DNA from: a virus
IMG/VR virus record: IMGVR_UViG_3300045136_000267
Length of the DNA stretch: 64,000 nucleotides
Strand: one strand, 5' to 3'
Shown here: in pieces, positions 29,967-39,866 of the stretch
How positions within the stretch are numbered: position 1 is the stretch's first letter
Layout of the letters: each line of letters begins with the position of its first letter
The notes under the pieces: model-generated
Told to the model about the DNA's origin: nothing
Databases searched by the model: none
What the model saw: only the letters and a program-made list of their open reading frames with translations
Translations under genes and position numbers: made by a program

Positions 29967-30353
29967 ATGGAGGAACATATGGATCTCCAGTCTTTATTGA
30001 ATAAGTATTTGTGCAAGGAAGCTACTCAATTAGAGACAGCTGCAATCTGTACTACAGATGTAATTTGTACTGAATATGCTGGGATGCGGCATCCCGCATT
30101 GATTAATTATTGGGATATTGAAAATGTATTTAATATCAGCTTGCTTGCTAATGGAAAAATAAAAATGACTAGTGATAGTTTAAGATATGAATCTAGATTT
30201 GGAAACCTAGTGCTGACAGCTAAGTATGCTCCATTAGTAGTAGCTAATTGTCTATTAGAAATATTCGTAAAACAGTGGAAGGGAACTTTGCAGCTTCCCA
30301 GCTCTTGTTCACAGTTCATTTTTAACACCCCTAAAGCTTCAGCAGCTTCTTGA
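29967..30353 (+). CDS. Hypothetical protein
   Basis: ORF; start may be the second Met (GGAGG SD). Confidence 0.55.
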   Translation: MEEHMDLQSLLNKYLCKEATQLETAAICTTDVICTEYAGMRHPALINYWDIENVFNISLLANGKIKMTSDSLRYESRFGNLVLTAKYAPLVVANCLLEIFVKQWKGTLQLPSSCSQFIFNTPKASAAS

Positions 30354-30510
30354 GCTAAAAAATTGCCGGGGACCACACGATCTCGCACGGTAGGAACCCG
30401 CACGTAGCAGCTCCTGCATCAAGTGTAAGGCAAAGTCTAGGTGACTATAGACTTGCCTTGGCAGGAGCTGCATCTTTAAACCCGAAATTCCGGTAAGTCA
30501 GCAAGTTGCC

Positions 30511-30735
30511 ATGAAAATAACCCCTCGCAATAGTAATTTTGGCTCCTTTTTGCATGATGAGTCAGGGAACACTGTATTCCATATAGATGCGCGTATGGTC
30601 TGTCTTGTTGGTAAAGATAATATGAGGGAACCGACTACCTGGTGGTTTTATCAAGATAAATACAAAAACAGCAGCAATTATTCGTATGGAAATATTGTTT
30701 TTGTAGAAGAGTTTATTCGGGTAACTATAACATAG
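30511..30735 (+). CDS. Duplicate of 26251..26484
   Basis: Near-identical DNA, including the GTTGCC just before the start. Confidence 0.7.
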   Translation: MKITPRNSNFGSFLHDESGNTVFHIDARMVCLVGKDNMREPTTWWFYQDKYKNSSNYSYGNIVFVEEFIRVTIT

Positions 30736-30861
30736 TATCAAATTAGACTAAAAATAGTGTTATATGCACTAAAAAACACAGTATAAGGGCTAAAAATACG
30801 CGATTTCGCCCCTATTGAATCTAAAAATAGGCCTAAATATGGAATATTTAGGCTAAAATAA

Positions 30862-30876
30862 GGCATAAATAAGTGG
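30862..30876 (+). promoter_or_regulatory. Phage promoter-like motif (also at 31505, 32623, 33484, 36306, 36737, 39071, 41359, 41448)
   Basis: GGCATAAATAAGTGG; recurs upstream of genes and is usually followed by a GC-rich hairpin. Confidence 0.7.
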
Positions 30877-30926
30877 AAGGTCTGCATTGTGCAGATCGGA
30901 ATGTGTCCACTTCCCGAGAGGGACAA

Positions 30927-31337
30927 ATGAGTCACGCTCAAAAGATTTGGCAGTCGCTTTGTATGCATCGTGGCAAGGTTGTGATGGTAGTGCTTCTCAT
31001 GACCACCCTTTTCGCTGCCTTCTACATTTTGAACAGCAATTCCGGCCTTGATAGGAAAGCACAGGCAATTGCGGTTCAGTTGTCAAAACGAATTGGTGTA
31101 CCATACAACGAGGCTTATTTGATTGCCAAGAGTACGTTGAAGGAAGCTGAGAAATTGCCTGAACGCGGCAGCTTCTTCGAGAATATTTGGTACGGGTCTC
31201 CACGGGCCCGTTATTTGGAAAACACTATTGAGACGAGATTGAGGCGAGCCGGCATGTCCGGATTTTGGTTGGGTAGTGAAGTCCGTACTTCGGTTCGCAG
31301 CGGCCTCCGTGAGGCCGCCGAGCCGCAGAAGAAGTAG
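30927..31337 (+). CDS. Membrane-anchored hypothetical protein
   Basis: Hydrophobic stretch VVMVVLLMTTLFAAFYIL; lies between the promoter motif and a terminator. Confidence 0.65.
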   Translation: MSHAQKIWQSLCMHRGKVVMVVLLMTTLFAAFYILNSNSGLDRKAQAIAVQLSKRIGVPYNEAYLIAKSTLKEAEKLPERGSFFENIWYGSPRARYLENTIETRLRRAGMSGFWLGSEVRTSVRSGLREAAEPQKK

Positions 31338-31345
31338 TTGTCCTG

Positions 31346-31390
31346 GGGCCTGCTGACCTACTCAGTAGGCCTCTTTTTTAGCTAAAAAAT
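31346..31390 (+). terminator. Hairpin + TTTTTTAGCT terminator-like motif (similar at 32968, 34560, 36205, 36620, 37032-37105, 48005)
   Basis: GGCCTGCTGA...TCAGTAGGCC-TCTTTTTTAGCTAAAAAA. Confidence 0.75.
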
Positions 31391-31584
31391 AAATGCACGA
31401 TATTTAATCTCGTGCACGTATTTATACGTGCGTTTTATTGCTTAGTTTAAGGTGCTTTTTTGCATTAATTGCACGTTCGTCAATGGACTTAGCTATAGAA
31501 TTAAGGCATAAATAATTGGTGGAAATTAGTTGTTTTCCACCGGCCATTCCCCGGGCCATTGACGGGGAACAGGAAAGCAAGAAT

Positions 31585-31908
31585 ATGACTAGCACTAACA
31601 AGGTTGCAGGCTCAAGGATCGTTGTGTTTGAGGCAGAACTTGTGGAAATCTTGAAACAGAAGTCGCTGGCAGCCGCTGCCGGTTATTTGCATTCGCAAAA
31701 CCTTCGCTACAACGGTAGCGCCTACCGCTACCGTTGCTTGTCTTCTGGCGATTTGTTCGACTTGCGCCGGCTGCCCGACGGGCGGCTAGTGCTGCGGAAA
31801 TTGACTCCGCTCGGTGAGTTCCAGCATCCTCGGGCCGCTGATGCATTCGTGTACTCGGCGCGTGAAAACGCGCCGAAAGGAAAAGAATACTTCTGGGTCA
31901 AGATCTGA
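31585..31908 (+). CDS. Hypothetical protein (GC-rich)
   Basis: Downstream of promoter motif at 31505; AGGA SD. Confidence 0.65.
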   Translation: MTSTNKVAGSRIVVFEAELVEILKQKSLAAAAGYLHSQNLRYNGSAYRYRCLSSGDLFDLRRLPDGRLVLRKLTPLGEFQHPRAADAFVYSARENAPKGKEYFWVKI

Positions 31909-31990
31909 CCCAGAGAGCGCGGCTTGCCCAAGGCCGCGCTATATAAATGAAAACTTGGGCTTTCTTTTTTACCTAAAGAGGAGCCCAGAT

Positions 31991-32629
31991 ATGTTACTAG
32001 CTCCACAGATATTTGAAGAAGAATTATCTTATCTCAAATGTGTGGATATTTGTTCTGACAAATATGTTGTCACTAAATCTGATTTAGTTACGTTTGTTTC
32101 TTCTATTGGTGAGATGGAATTATTTGACGTGATTGGTAGGGAAGAATTTGATTCCAATAGAATTAAGAAAGAATTAGAGCATGTGGAAGCCACTACAATT
32201 GCTGATCTAGTTCTAGATTATTTGAATTATGACTTTGATTCATATTTGCATGAATATGCGAAAGAACTTGGAAAAGAATTTGATGACTGCGTTGTTACTT
32301 GTTCTGAGGAAACAGAATTTGCTGCCTCCGATATTTTAGATACTTGTAACACGCTACTTAGCGTAGAAGTTGCTATCAAACAATATTTTGATGGTGTAAA
32401 TAAAGAATTATTTGGATTGTTTTGTGACAAACGTCGTCATTTTGATACCTTACTTCAGATGCAAGATAATTTGAATGTATTAGCTCGTTATGTAAATTTG
32501 AATGAACTTAAAAATTGGCGTAAGCTTTGGAAGCCAAGGGTGAAGATTGATATCCCTTGGTGGCTTGATGGAACGCTGGAATTTCTGTGCAAGGATGCAC
32601 AGAGAAAAGTTAAGAAAAAGAGTGAATAA
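31991..32629 (+). CDS. Hypothetical acidic protein
   Basis: GAGGAG SD before the ATG at 31991. Confidence 0.65.
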   Translation: MLLAPQIFEEELSYLKCVDICSDKYVVTKSDLVTFVSSIGEMELFDVIGREEFDSNRIKKELEHVEATTIADLVLDYLNYDFDSYLHEYAKELGKEFDDCVVTCSEETEFAASDILDTCNTLLSVEVAIKQYFDGVNKELFGLFCDKRRHFDTLLQMQDNLNVLARYVNLNELKNWRKLWKPRVKIDIPWWLDGTLEFLCKDAQRKVKKKSE

Positions 32630-32660
32630 ATAATTGGGTAGTTCCACCCAAGGAGGTGCT

Positions 32661-32960
32661 ATGAAACGCTTTCCAGGTATTTGTTTCGTCTTCATTTTGT
32701 TGATCCTGTCTGCTGGTAATTTGACGGTGTACGCTTCGAATAATGAATTGAACCAACCTCTTGAAAAGCAAGAGGTTATTAATATTTGCAAAGTGCTACT
32801 TGATGGGTATATGACTTTTATGATTGAGAAGAATAATTGTGAGCGGCTTGCCGCTGAAGCACTTTATAAGCATTTGATCGAGCCTGCTAACGTTCTGTTG
32901 AATCATTTGTTTCCAAAGTATGCGAGGAAAATGGAGTACAGATTTGTGCAGGATAAGTGA
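32661..32960 (+). CDS. Exported hypothetical protein
   Basis: AGGAGG SD; signal peptide MKRFPGICFVFILLILSAGNLTVYA. Confidence 0.7.
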   Translation: MKRFPGICFVFILLILSAGNLTVYASNNELNQPLEKQEVINICKVLLDGYMTFMIEKNNCERLAAEALYKHLIEPANVLLNHLFPKYARKMEYRFVQDK

Positions 32961-33024
32961 ATTAATAGCCCCAGGAAATTACTCCTGGGGCTTTATTTTA
33001 GCTAAAACTGTTCAAGGAAGAACT

Positions 33025-33504
33025 ATGATTGATTCTGATTTCGAAATTATAGAACGAAATCTGAATAGTAGATTTATTTGTCGTAGTTCTTCTGTATATG
33101 GAGATTTAGCAAAAGTAATTTCTGTAGAGACTATACATAAATTGCATAACGGAGAACCTGTAACTATTTATGTTTGTCTCACCAGATACTTTTATCCTTG
33201 CATATTTATCTCTGATTCGAGAAAGGCTAAAGATTATTTATTAGATAAGAAAGCTAAATTAGAACTGACTATAGAGGAAAATGAATACTTTTCACAACGT
33301 GATGTATGCGTTTTTAATTCATTTATCATTTCTCTAAGCCCGCTTCATATGTCAGTTGATGATTTGATAGCCCATATTGGAGATATAATCAGCAATATTA
33401 CTGATTGTATAATTTATGTAATTAATAATAGAACTAAAGATACATTAGACTGGAGACTGGATTGTGTAACAAATGGAAAATATGGCATAAATAAGTGGAC
33501 GTGA
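33025..33504 (+). CDS. Hypothetical protein
   Basis: AAGGA SD; AT-rich ORF. Confidence 0.6.
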   Translation: MIDSDFEIIERNLNSRFICRSSSVYGDLAKVISVETIHKLHNGEPVTIYVCLTRYFYPCIFISDSRKAKDYLLDKKAKLELTIEENEYFSQRDVCVFNSFIISLSPLHMSVDDLIAHIGDIISNITDCIIYVINNRTKDTLDWRLDCVTNGKYGINKWT

Positions 33505-33820
33505 GTCCACCCTCCTCCGGGAGGGTTTTAGGTTGGGTGCCAGAAACCCTGTAGCTGCGAGCACAGCTACATGGCGGAGGCTAACCGACGTGAGGGAGTC
33601 GGGGGTACATGCACAGCCCGGTATTCGACATGCTCGGGTCGAATACAAGGGATGCATGTGCCACGGGTTCGAGACCCAAAACCCCTCTTTTTAGACCTGC
33701 AGCGAATTGCCCTTTCTAGGGATGTCCCCGCGCTGCAGGTCGTTAACCTATCAAGGGAATCTCTGCCTTTTTTAGATAAAAAGGTAGGGATTGGGACGTC
33801 CCAGCCTGGCCGCTAGGCTT
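33497..33820 (+). ncRNA. Candidate structured ncRNA or long 5' leader
   Basis: Follows the promoter motif at 33484 and contains many nested perfect stems (see findings). Confidence 0.5.
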
Positions 33821-33838
33821 TAGTGGCAGGAGCTAGAT

Positions 33839-34531
33839 ATGAAGAACCTAAAAAACATTTGCACGCGAGTTGAAGCTCGGGAGTATTTGGAATCGCTTGA
33901 TTTGCCTGAGTCTGTAATTGAGGCGCTCTTGAAGGAGACCGCACTTGATCGACACAATTGGAGGACGAGTCGGGCACTTGAAGCAGCGAAAAATTGGGTC
34001 GTTAGTTGTTGGGGGATGGAGGAACATAAAATTGGGGAGTATGTTGTGGCGGCGCAGGTTAGCGCCGTCTTGCTTGCTGATTGCTTTGGTATTGGAGGTC
34101 ATTTGGGCGTTTCGGGTGCCGGCACTAAAAGACACCCGGCTTTGGTAGGCCTTGGAAAAGGCCGGAAGAATTGTAGTGATGGTCCAGCTTGGTCGGCGGC
34201 AATTCGCGCCGCCGTCGATAATTGTCGTGGATATTTTGCCCCGTCATATATGGATGGTATTTGCTTGGCTTATTATGTTGATTATTGGAATATGTTGACC
34301 CTGCTTAATTCGAAACTTATTCCATTTGAATGGCAATTGACGATTGCCCGTGAGGGGTTGAGGAGGTCCTTTGGGCTTGATCCTTGGTTCCCGGACTTGT
34401 TGGACTTTGTTAGGGCTGACGAGAACACTTGCACGGGTTGGGCTCAATTGGTTGACTACTTGACTGAGGAATTGGAAAAAGCAAGGCAACAAGCTGAAGA
34501 GGAGCAGCCTGAGGAGGCTGCTTCGACTTAA
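33839..34531 (+). CDS. Hypothetical protein
   Basis: AGGAG SD; followed by TTTTTTTAGCT. Confidence 0.7.
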   Translation: MKNLKNICTRVEAREYLESLDLPESVIEALLKETALDRHNWRTSRALEAAKNWVVSCWGMEEHKIGEYVVAAQVSAVLLADCFGIGGHLGVSGAGTKRHPALVGLGKGRKNCSDGPAWSAAIRAAVDNCRGYFAPSYMDGICLAYYVDYWNMLTLLNSKLIPFEWQLTIAREGLRRSFGLDPWFPDLLDFVRADENTCTGWAQLVDYLTEELEKARQQAEEEQPEEAAST

Positions 34532-34598
34532 TTGCTACGTATTATTTGTTTGGCTACTTGTTTTTTTAGCTCAAATATTTCGGAAAGGAGGGTTATTT

Positions 34599-35669
34599 AT
34601 GAAAATCTCTAGCATGCATCTCACTAATGTTGGTCCAATTAAGGATGCTCAAGTTAATTTTGGCGATTTAACGATATTATTAGGACCTAATGATCTAGGT
34701 AAAAGCATTTTTTTACAGCTATTTAGGCTAGCACTTGATTATGGATACATTAATGATGAATTAACAAAGTATGGAATAGATTGGAATGGTTCTTTATCTC
34801 TGTTTCTTGAATCGTATCTAGGAACTGGATTACAGAGCGTTTGGCAAAATGATAGTAGTATTAAACTAAATGGTAAGCCAATAAATTTGAAGCAAATGGT
34901 ACAAAAGCCAAGCAAAGCAATAGAACCCACTGTATTTTATATTCCCGCCCAGCGGCTTTTGATGTTCACCCACAACTGGATTAAACCTTTCACAGAATTT
35001 AGATATATGGATCCGTTTGCCATTAAAGATTTTAGCGAAACGCTCCGTAGGGCAGTAGATCATAGAATGATGAAGAAGAGAAATTATTTGAAGCCTTGGC
35101 TTTTGAAGGCAATTAGTAAGGATATTTTTGGAAATTTAAATTTAGATATTGCTATATATTCTTTTAGGAAAAGCATTGTGCTTGGAGATAGTAAGAAGGA
35201 TACTGTCATTCCTATTGATAATTGCTCTATAGGACAAAGAGCTTTTGTTCCTCTGCTTCTAGGAATTCAATGGTTATTGCATGAGGCAGCTGATAAGAAA
35301 GGTAATTCAATTAAGTGGGTAATTATTGAAGAACCTGAATTAGGTTTACAATTATGCACTCATTCTTCTCTCTTTTCTTCTATCTTTCATACATTATTTC
35401 TATTGATTACTGGGCTGCTTCAAAAGGGCTATAACGTTTGCATTAGTACACATTCTGAGCAGGTATTTGCTTTTGCTTGGTTAGCTCGTTACTTGAAGTC
35501 TTGCAGCAAATATCCGTCAGGATTGATTACCTGGCTTCAACCAAATAATTCAACGGAATTAGAGGATTCAGTTAAATATTTATGTAAAAGAAATGTTATG
35601 GTCTATGAATTTGACAATAGCGGGCTGGCTGCGGATATTTCACAAGAATATTGTCATAGTATGATGTAA
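34599..35669 (+). CDS. ABC-type (AAA_15/AAA_21-like) ATPase
   Basis: Walker A-like GPNDLGKS, YIPAQR, signature-like SIGQR, Walker B IIEEPE, H-loop ISTHS. Confidence 0.8.
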   Translation: MKISSMHLTNVGPIKDAQVNFGDLTILLGPNDLGKSIFLQLFRLALDYGYINDELTKYGIDWNGSLSLFLESYLGTGLQSVWQNDSSIKLNGKPINLKQMVQKPSKAIEPTVFYIPAQRLLMFTHNWIKPFTEFRYMDPFAIKDFSETLRRAVDHRMMKKRNYLKPWLLKAISKDIFGNLNLDIAIYSFRKSIVLGDSKKDTVIPIDNCSIGQRAFVPLLLGIQWLLHEAADKKGNSIKWVIIEEPELGLQLCTHSSLFSSIFHTLFLLITGLLQKGYNVCISTHSEQVFAFAWLARYLKSCSKYPSGLITWLQPNNSTELEDSVKYLCKRNVMVYEFDNSGLAADISQEYCHSMM

Positions 35670-35700
35670 AACTGATTTTTTAGCATGGAGGTTTTGAGAA

Positions 35701-36012
35701 GTGAGCATTTATTTTCCGGTCGGCAAACCTAATATCATTAGATGGTATTCCCCTGACGGGAAGCACTCGGCGGTGCTACATGTGACGAGCACCACGAATC
35801 CGAGGGCTAATGATACCTTGACATTTTACTTCCGGGATTACAATGGTAACCCAGCGACAGCGCTTGATGGATTAGTTCTATCCTTAGATGGGGTCACCTC
35901 TGTCATTGGTACAGAGGTGCGGGCATACGTAGACAGGAATATATTAGCTACTGTATTTAGCCCTAAGATGACTTTGAAGGTAGGTAATGATATTTGGATT
36001 ATGAATAAATGA
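35701..36012 (+). CDS. Hypothetical protein
   Basis: GGAGG SD before GTG start. Confidence 0.6.
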   Translation: MSIYFPVGKPNIIRWYSPDGKHSAVLHVTSTTNPRANDTLTFYFRDYNGNPATALDGLVLSLDGVTSVIGTEVRAYVDRNILATVFSPKMTLKVGNDIWIMNK

Positions 36013-36373
36013 GATGAAGATAGTAGCAGGGGCCAGATGATCCCCTGACGGGGACAGGGGACACACGATTCAGCTGCATATAGTTTAGGCTTGATCGTAA
36101 TTCGATAATAAAATAAGATTATATCTAGCCCCCTCCTTGCGCCCCCGGTCGCGCCCTTGTGGCGTGGCCGGGGGTTTTTTATTTTCGCAGCTTCAAGCAT
36201 TTGCTTCTTTTTTAGCTCAATGAGAAAGAAGAAGAGGGGCTACTTGTTTTCGGGTGCCCGCATTCGGAAAGGCTTCTGGGGGCCAGACGAACGCGCTGCT
36301 AAGCTGGAATAAATAATTGGGAGGCCCCTGCTGTGGGGGCCGATTTGAGTCCACGTACATAAGGAGCATAAGC

Positions 36374-36559
36374 ATGTACGTGGTTATCTTCTCGTATTCT
36401 GAACGGGGGCCGGTGCGGCGGCTCCCGTTCAAGGCTAAGAGCCGGGCTATTCGGGCGGCCCGGCTCCTTGAGAAGGCAGGCCTTCGGGCTTGCCTCATTA
36501 GCCCGTATCCCCTGCGGACTTCCCCGCAGGGGAACAAGGAAATGAAGCCCCGGGTTTGA
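36374..36559 (+). CDS. Small basic protein (GC-rich)
   Basis: Promoter motif at 36306, AAGGAG SD, terminator downstream. Confidence 0.6.
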   Translation: MYVVIFSYSERGPVRRLPFKAKSRAIRAARLLEKAGLRACLISPYPLRTSPQGNKEMKPRV

Positions 36560-36801
36560 TCCTGGGGCGGCTCCTGGGAGGTCGGTCTCTACTCCCAGGA
36601 GTAAAAAGCATAGAGACCTTCTTTTTTAGCTAAAAAACAATGATTTTTTAGTTAATAATAAAAGCTAATTAGTTAGTAACAAAGCTAGTTTTTTTATAAG
36701 CAAGCTATAGCTGTATGGGCAAGGTAGGAAGTAGCAGGCATAAGTAATTGGAAGGCCTCCGCCGTGGAGGCCGAATTCGTTCCGCGTCCGGGAGGGGAAA
36801 A

Positions 36802-37014
36802 ATGTACGCGGTGCTAATATACCATACGAAGGGCAGCGACCTGACAGGCCACGAGGTCGAGCGGGTGAACTTCACCACCCTCTCGGCGGCCGAGGAGGCC
36901 GCCGAGAAGGCTCAGCACGAGGGCAAGGATGCCATCGTGCTGCACATCATCCGCCAGCCCTACCGATTTACGGTAGGGCCCGACGGGATCATCCGGGACA
37001 TTGAGTGGTGCTAG
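36802..37014 (+). CDS. Small hypothetical protein (GC-rich)
   Basis: Promoter motif at 36737, GGAGG SD, hairpin terminator at 37032-37078. Confidence 0.65.
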   Translation: MYAVLIYHTKGSDLTGHEVERVNFTTLSAAEEAAEKAQHEGKDAIVLHIIRQPYRFTVGPDGIIRDIEWC

Positions 37015-37348
37015 CCGCTCGGTGTCCCACTAGCCCCAGCCGCGCCAGGACGGCGTTGCTGGGGCTTTCTTTTTTAGCACTAATCCCCTTACTTCTTTTT
37101 TAGCTAAAGAAAACAATATTTGCTTTTTAATTCATTACATTAACAACTGTTGTCATTATATAGCATACTTCCTTTCTTTATCGCTCTTTCATTTATAGCT
37201 ACCTCTCGCTCATTCTCTCTCTATCTTTACTGCTTTTATTCTATACTCGCATTCTATTAAAGGTAAGTAATAGTAACACATAATCGCCTATTGTATTATT
37301 GTTAATGTATATAGAGATGTATATTTATATTGTCTATGGATTATTCAA

Positions 37349-37850
37349 TTGCTTATTTATATATATCACTCTTCTAGAGTAGATCTTATATTTAAGCTAC
37401 TATGAATGACAAGCATGGATAAGCACTCCTTCGCTCTTCTATATATATAGCTCGCTTGTTTGTTATACATTGCTTATTTCTATGTTACTCTTTGAGAGTA
37501 AATATATCAGTCATTATTACTGAAATGATAAACAGAGATAAGCACTCCTTCGCTCTTCTACGTATACATATTCAGCTATAGCTATCGTCTTAATGTACTT
37601 AATATGCTTATCTATATATTACTCTTCGAGAGTAAATATGATATTCAATCTATTATGAATGATGGATATGGATAAGCATACACATACTCTCTCTTATATA
37701 TCTATATCTCCTTTTTAATATACTTAATTTGCTTATTCCTATGTTACTCTTTGAGAGTAAACATATCATTCATATTTCTGGAATGACAAACAAGTTTCTG
37801 GAATGACAAACAAGGATAAGTACTCACTCTCTTCTATATATTCTCTCTCT
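37349..37850. repeat. Four ~125-bp imperfect tandem units with internal palindromes
   Basis: TGCTTAT...(T)ACTCTTYNAGAGTA...GATAAGYA at 37350, 37471, 37605 and 37730. Confidence 0.8.
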
Positions 37851-38420
37851 TCTATCCATCGCTATTACCGCTCTCTCTTCTATATACTTCTACGATACAG
37901 CTTCCTCCCAGGAGTAATATCTCTCTTAGAAGCAGCTAATAGCTATGCAGTTGAATGCTATTACTTACTTAGTAATTATTATTGTTAATAACGATAGAAA
38001 TCTAATAAAAATGAGCAAAAAAGTCGTTTTATAGGAAGCCCGTTTTAGCCACGAAATTAAAAATAGGTATTAGAGATCGTTGAGTGCTAGCGGGCTCTAG
38101 AACGCTTCCTATTGCGTTTAAACGCATGCTTTGCTGTCTCAAAATGAGACTTCGCTCCTCGAAGGAAAATTTCCAGTCTCAATAAAAATCCTAATTTTCA
38201 CTAAAAATTTCCCAGAAAATTTGCCCTAACTTAGAATTGCTCTTGACTTTTGACACTTTTTCTGGGAGAAAAAGTGTCAACTTTTGATAATCAACACAAC
38301 TTACGTCAATTCCTCCTATCACTTTCCATCCTTTCCAGTCAGTCTCAATAAGAATTTTAGTTATTAATGTTAATCAACTTAGTAATGATTCATAATAATA
38401 GTACTCAAGATATCCCAGCA

Positions 38421-38540
38421 CTATTACTATTGTAAGCAGATTACTATCGTAAACTAATTACTATCGTAAACTATTATTGACGTAAACTAATTACTGACGT
38501 AAGCGATATTACTATCGTATACTATCGTATACTATTGCAT
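38421..38540. repeat. ~17-bp iteron-like tandem repeats
   Basis: TTACTATCGTAAACTAA and variants, about 6-7 copies. Confidence 0.8.
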
Positions 38541-38658
38541 TAGCGATAAGTAGCAGCCTTTGAGTAGCTGCTTAAGTTATCTTAGGTCGGCTTAAGAGCG
38601 CCGCCAAAATTTTCACCTCCTGCATATGAAGACACCCCGCACGGGGGTAGAAGGGGGC

Positions 38659-38960
38659 TAGCCAAGAAGAGAGAAAAGAGTATCCATTTATTATTCTATA
38701 CAGATATCAATGTATATAAACAGCCAAAAGAAGAGAAGAGAGTATCTATTTATTCTATAGCCAGCTATAGAATAAAATAAGTATACAGTTAGCTACAAAC
38801 AGAATAAGAACAAAAGCTAGCCAAAAGAAGAGAGAAGAGAGTAGCTATCATCCTGTATAAAGATAGAAATGTATATAGGCAGCCAAAAGAAGAGAAGGTA
38901 GTATCTATTTATTCTATACAGCTAGTAATGTATATAGGCAGCTAAATATAAGAGAGAGCG
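38659..38960. repeat. ~60-bp purine-rich tandem repeats
   Basis: AGCCAAAAGAAGAGAAGAGAGTATCTATTTATTCTATA..., 4-5 copies. Confidence 0.8.
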
Positions 38961-39381
38961 ACTATAGAAAGAACAATTATTTTAGCTAACTATAAACAGA
39001 ATAGACATGCAGCTAATAGCTATTAGTAATGAAGTATAAAGCAAAGGCCAGGAATAAAAGCAAAATAGCTGGCATAAATAATTGAAAAAAGAAAAGAGAA
39101 TTATAGAAGCTAATAATAGTAGCTTCTTCTTTTTATAGCAGAGGGCTATAAAAAATTTTAATAATGTTGGCAGCCAAAGTTAATTGCTAGTAAGTTACTA
39201 TGAATTAGCACTGAATTTTATGTTAAAATAGTTAAATAAGGGAGCATAGGAAAGCTAATATTTATTAAATTTCACTTATCAAAGAGAGTAAGCATCCCTC
39301 ATAGGAAAAATTGGATTTTTGAATTTTGGGAATTGATTTTAATTTAAAAGAGTAAAGAACTGATTCTTTCGTTTATTTCGT

Positions 39382-39804
39382 TTAATCGAGATTTCTCTCG
39401 TTTTTATCCATTGCTTCAAGCAGCTTCTGTCTGAATAATTTGGAAAGCAATTTTGCTTGCTCTTTAGTAAGATCGACTCTAAGCTCTCTTCGGCCTTTAT
39501 TGCCTTTAGTGGGCGCTTTCTTGGCAGCGGCTTCTATAGCGGCTATAACTGGCTTGAGCTGCTGCTGTATCCTTGGATCGCCGTTAAAGATCTCACTTAG
39601 GAATTTAGCTGCCATTTCAGCAAAATTATTATTACCAACCGTTAAAGTTCTAGCAGCATTTCTGCCTCTTCTTCTAGCAATACCTGCTTCCCTTTCAGGT
39701 ATATCCAAATCTTCATCCTCAGTAAATAACAGATAGTTTTCATTACTAGCACGCTTAAGCATATGCGTACAATAAAGCAATAAAGGTTCGAGGTAGCTGC
39801 TCAT
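39382..39804 (-). CDS. KxA-leader protein, one of few minus-strand genes
   Basis: GGAG SD; N-terminus SYLEPLLL...MLKRAS. Confidence 0.65.
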   Translation of the reverse strand: MSSYLEPLLLYCTHMLKRASNENYLLFTEDEDLDIPEREAGIARRRGRNAARTLTVGNNNFAEMAAKFLSEIFNGDPRIQQQLKPVIAAIEAAAKKAPTKGNKGRRELRVDLTKEQAKLLSKLFRQKLLEAMDKNERNLD

Positions 39805-39830
39805 TTAAAGTTACTCCGGACAGGTCGAAG

Positions 39831-39866
39831 GTCGAAGACATGAAGCCTCTTCGCAGGCATAAAGTA
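39831..39866 (-). CRISPR. Solitary 36-bp CRISPR repeat on the minus strand
   Basis: Reverse complement reads TACTTTATGCCTGCGAAGAGGCTTCATGTCTTCGAC; the 3' 30 nt match the other repeats except in the loop. Confidence 0.78.

Noticed and set aside
37803-37988. 61-aa ORF inside the repeat region
   Set aside because: Low-complexity translation of C/T-rich repeats, with no SD.
37349-38960. Repeat arrays as a CRISPR array
   Set aside because: Units are degenerate and irregular in length, and unrelated to the 36-bp repeat next to the effector.
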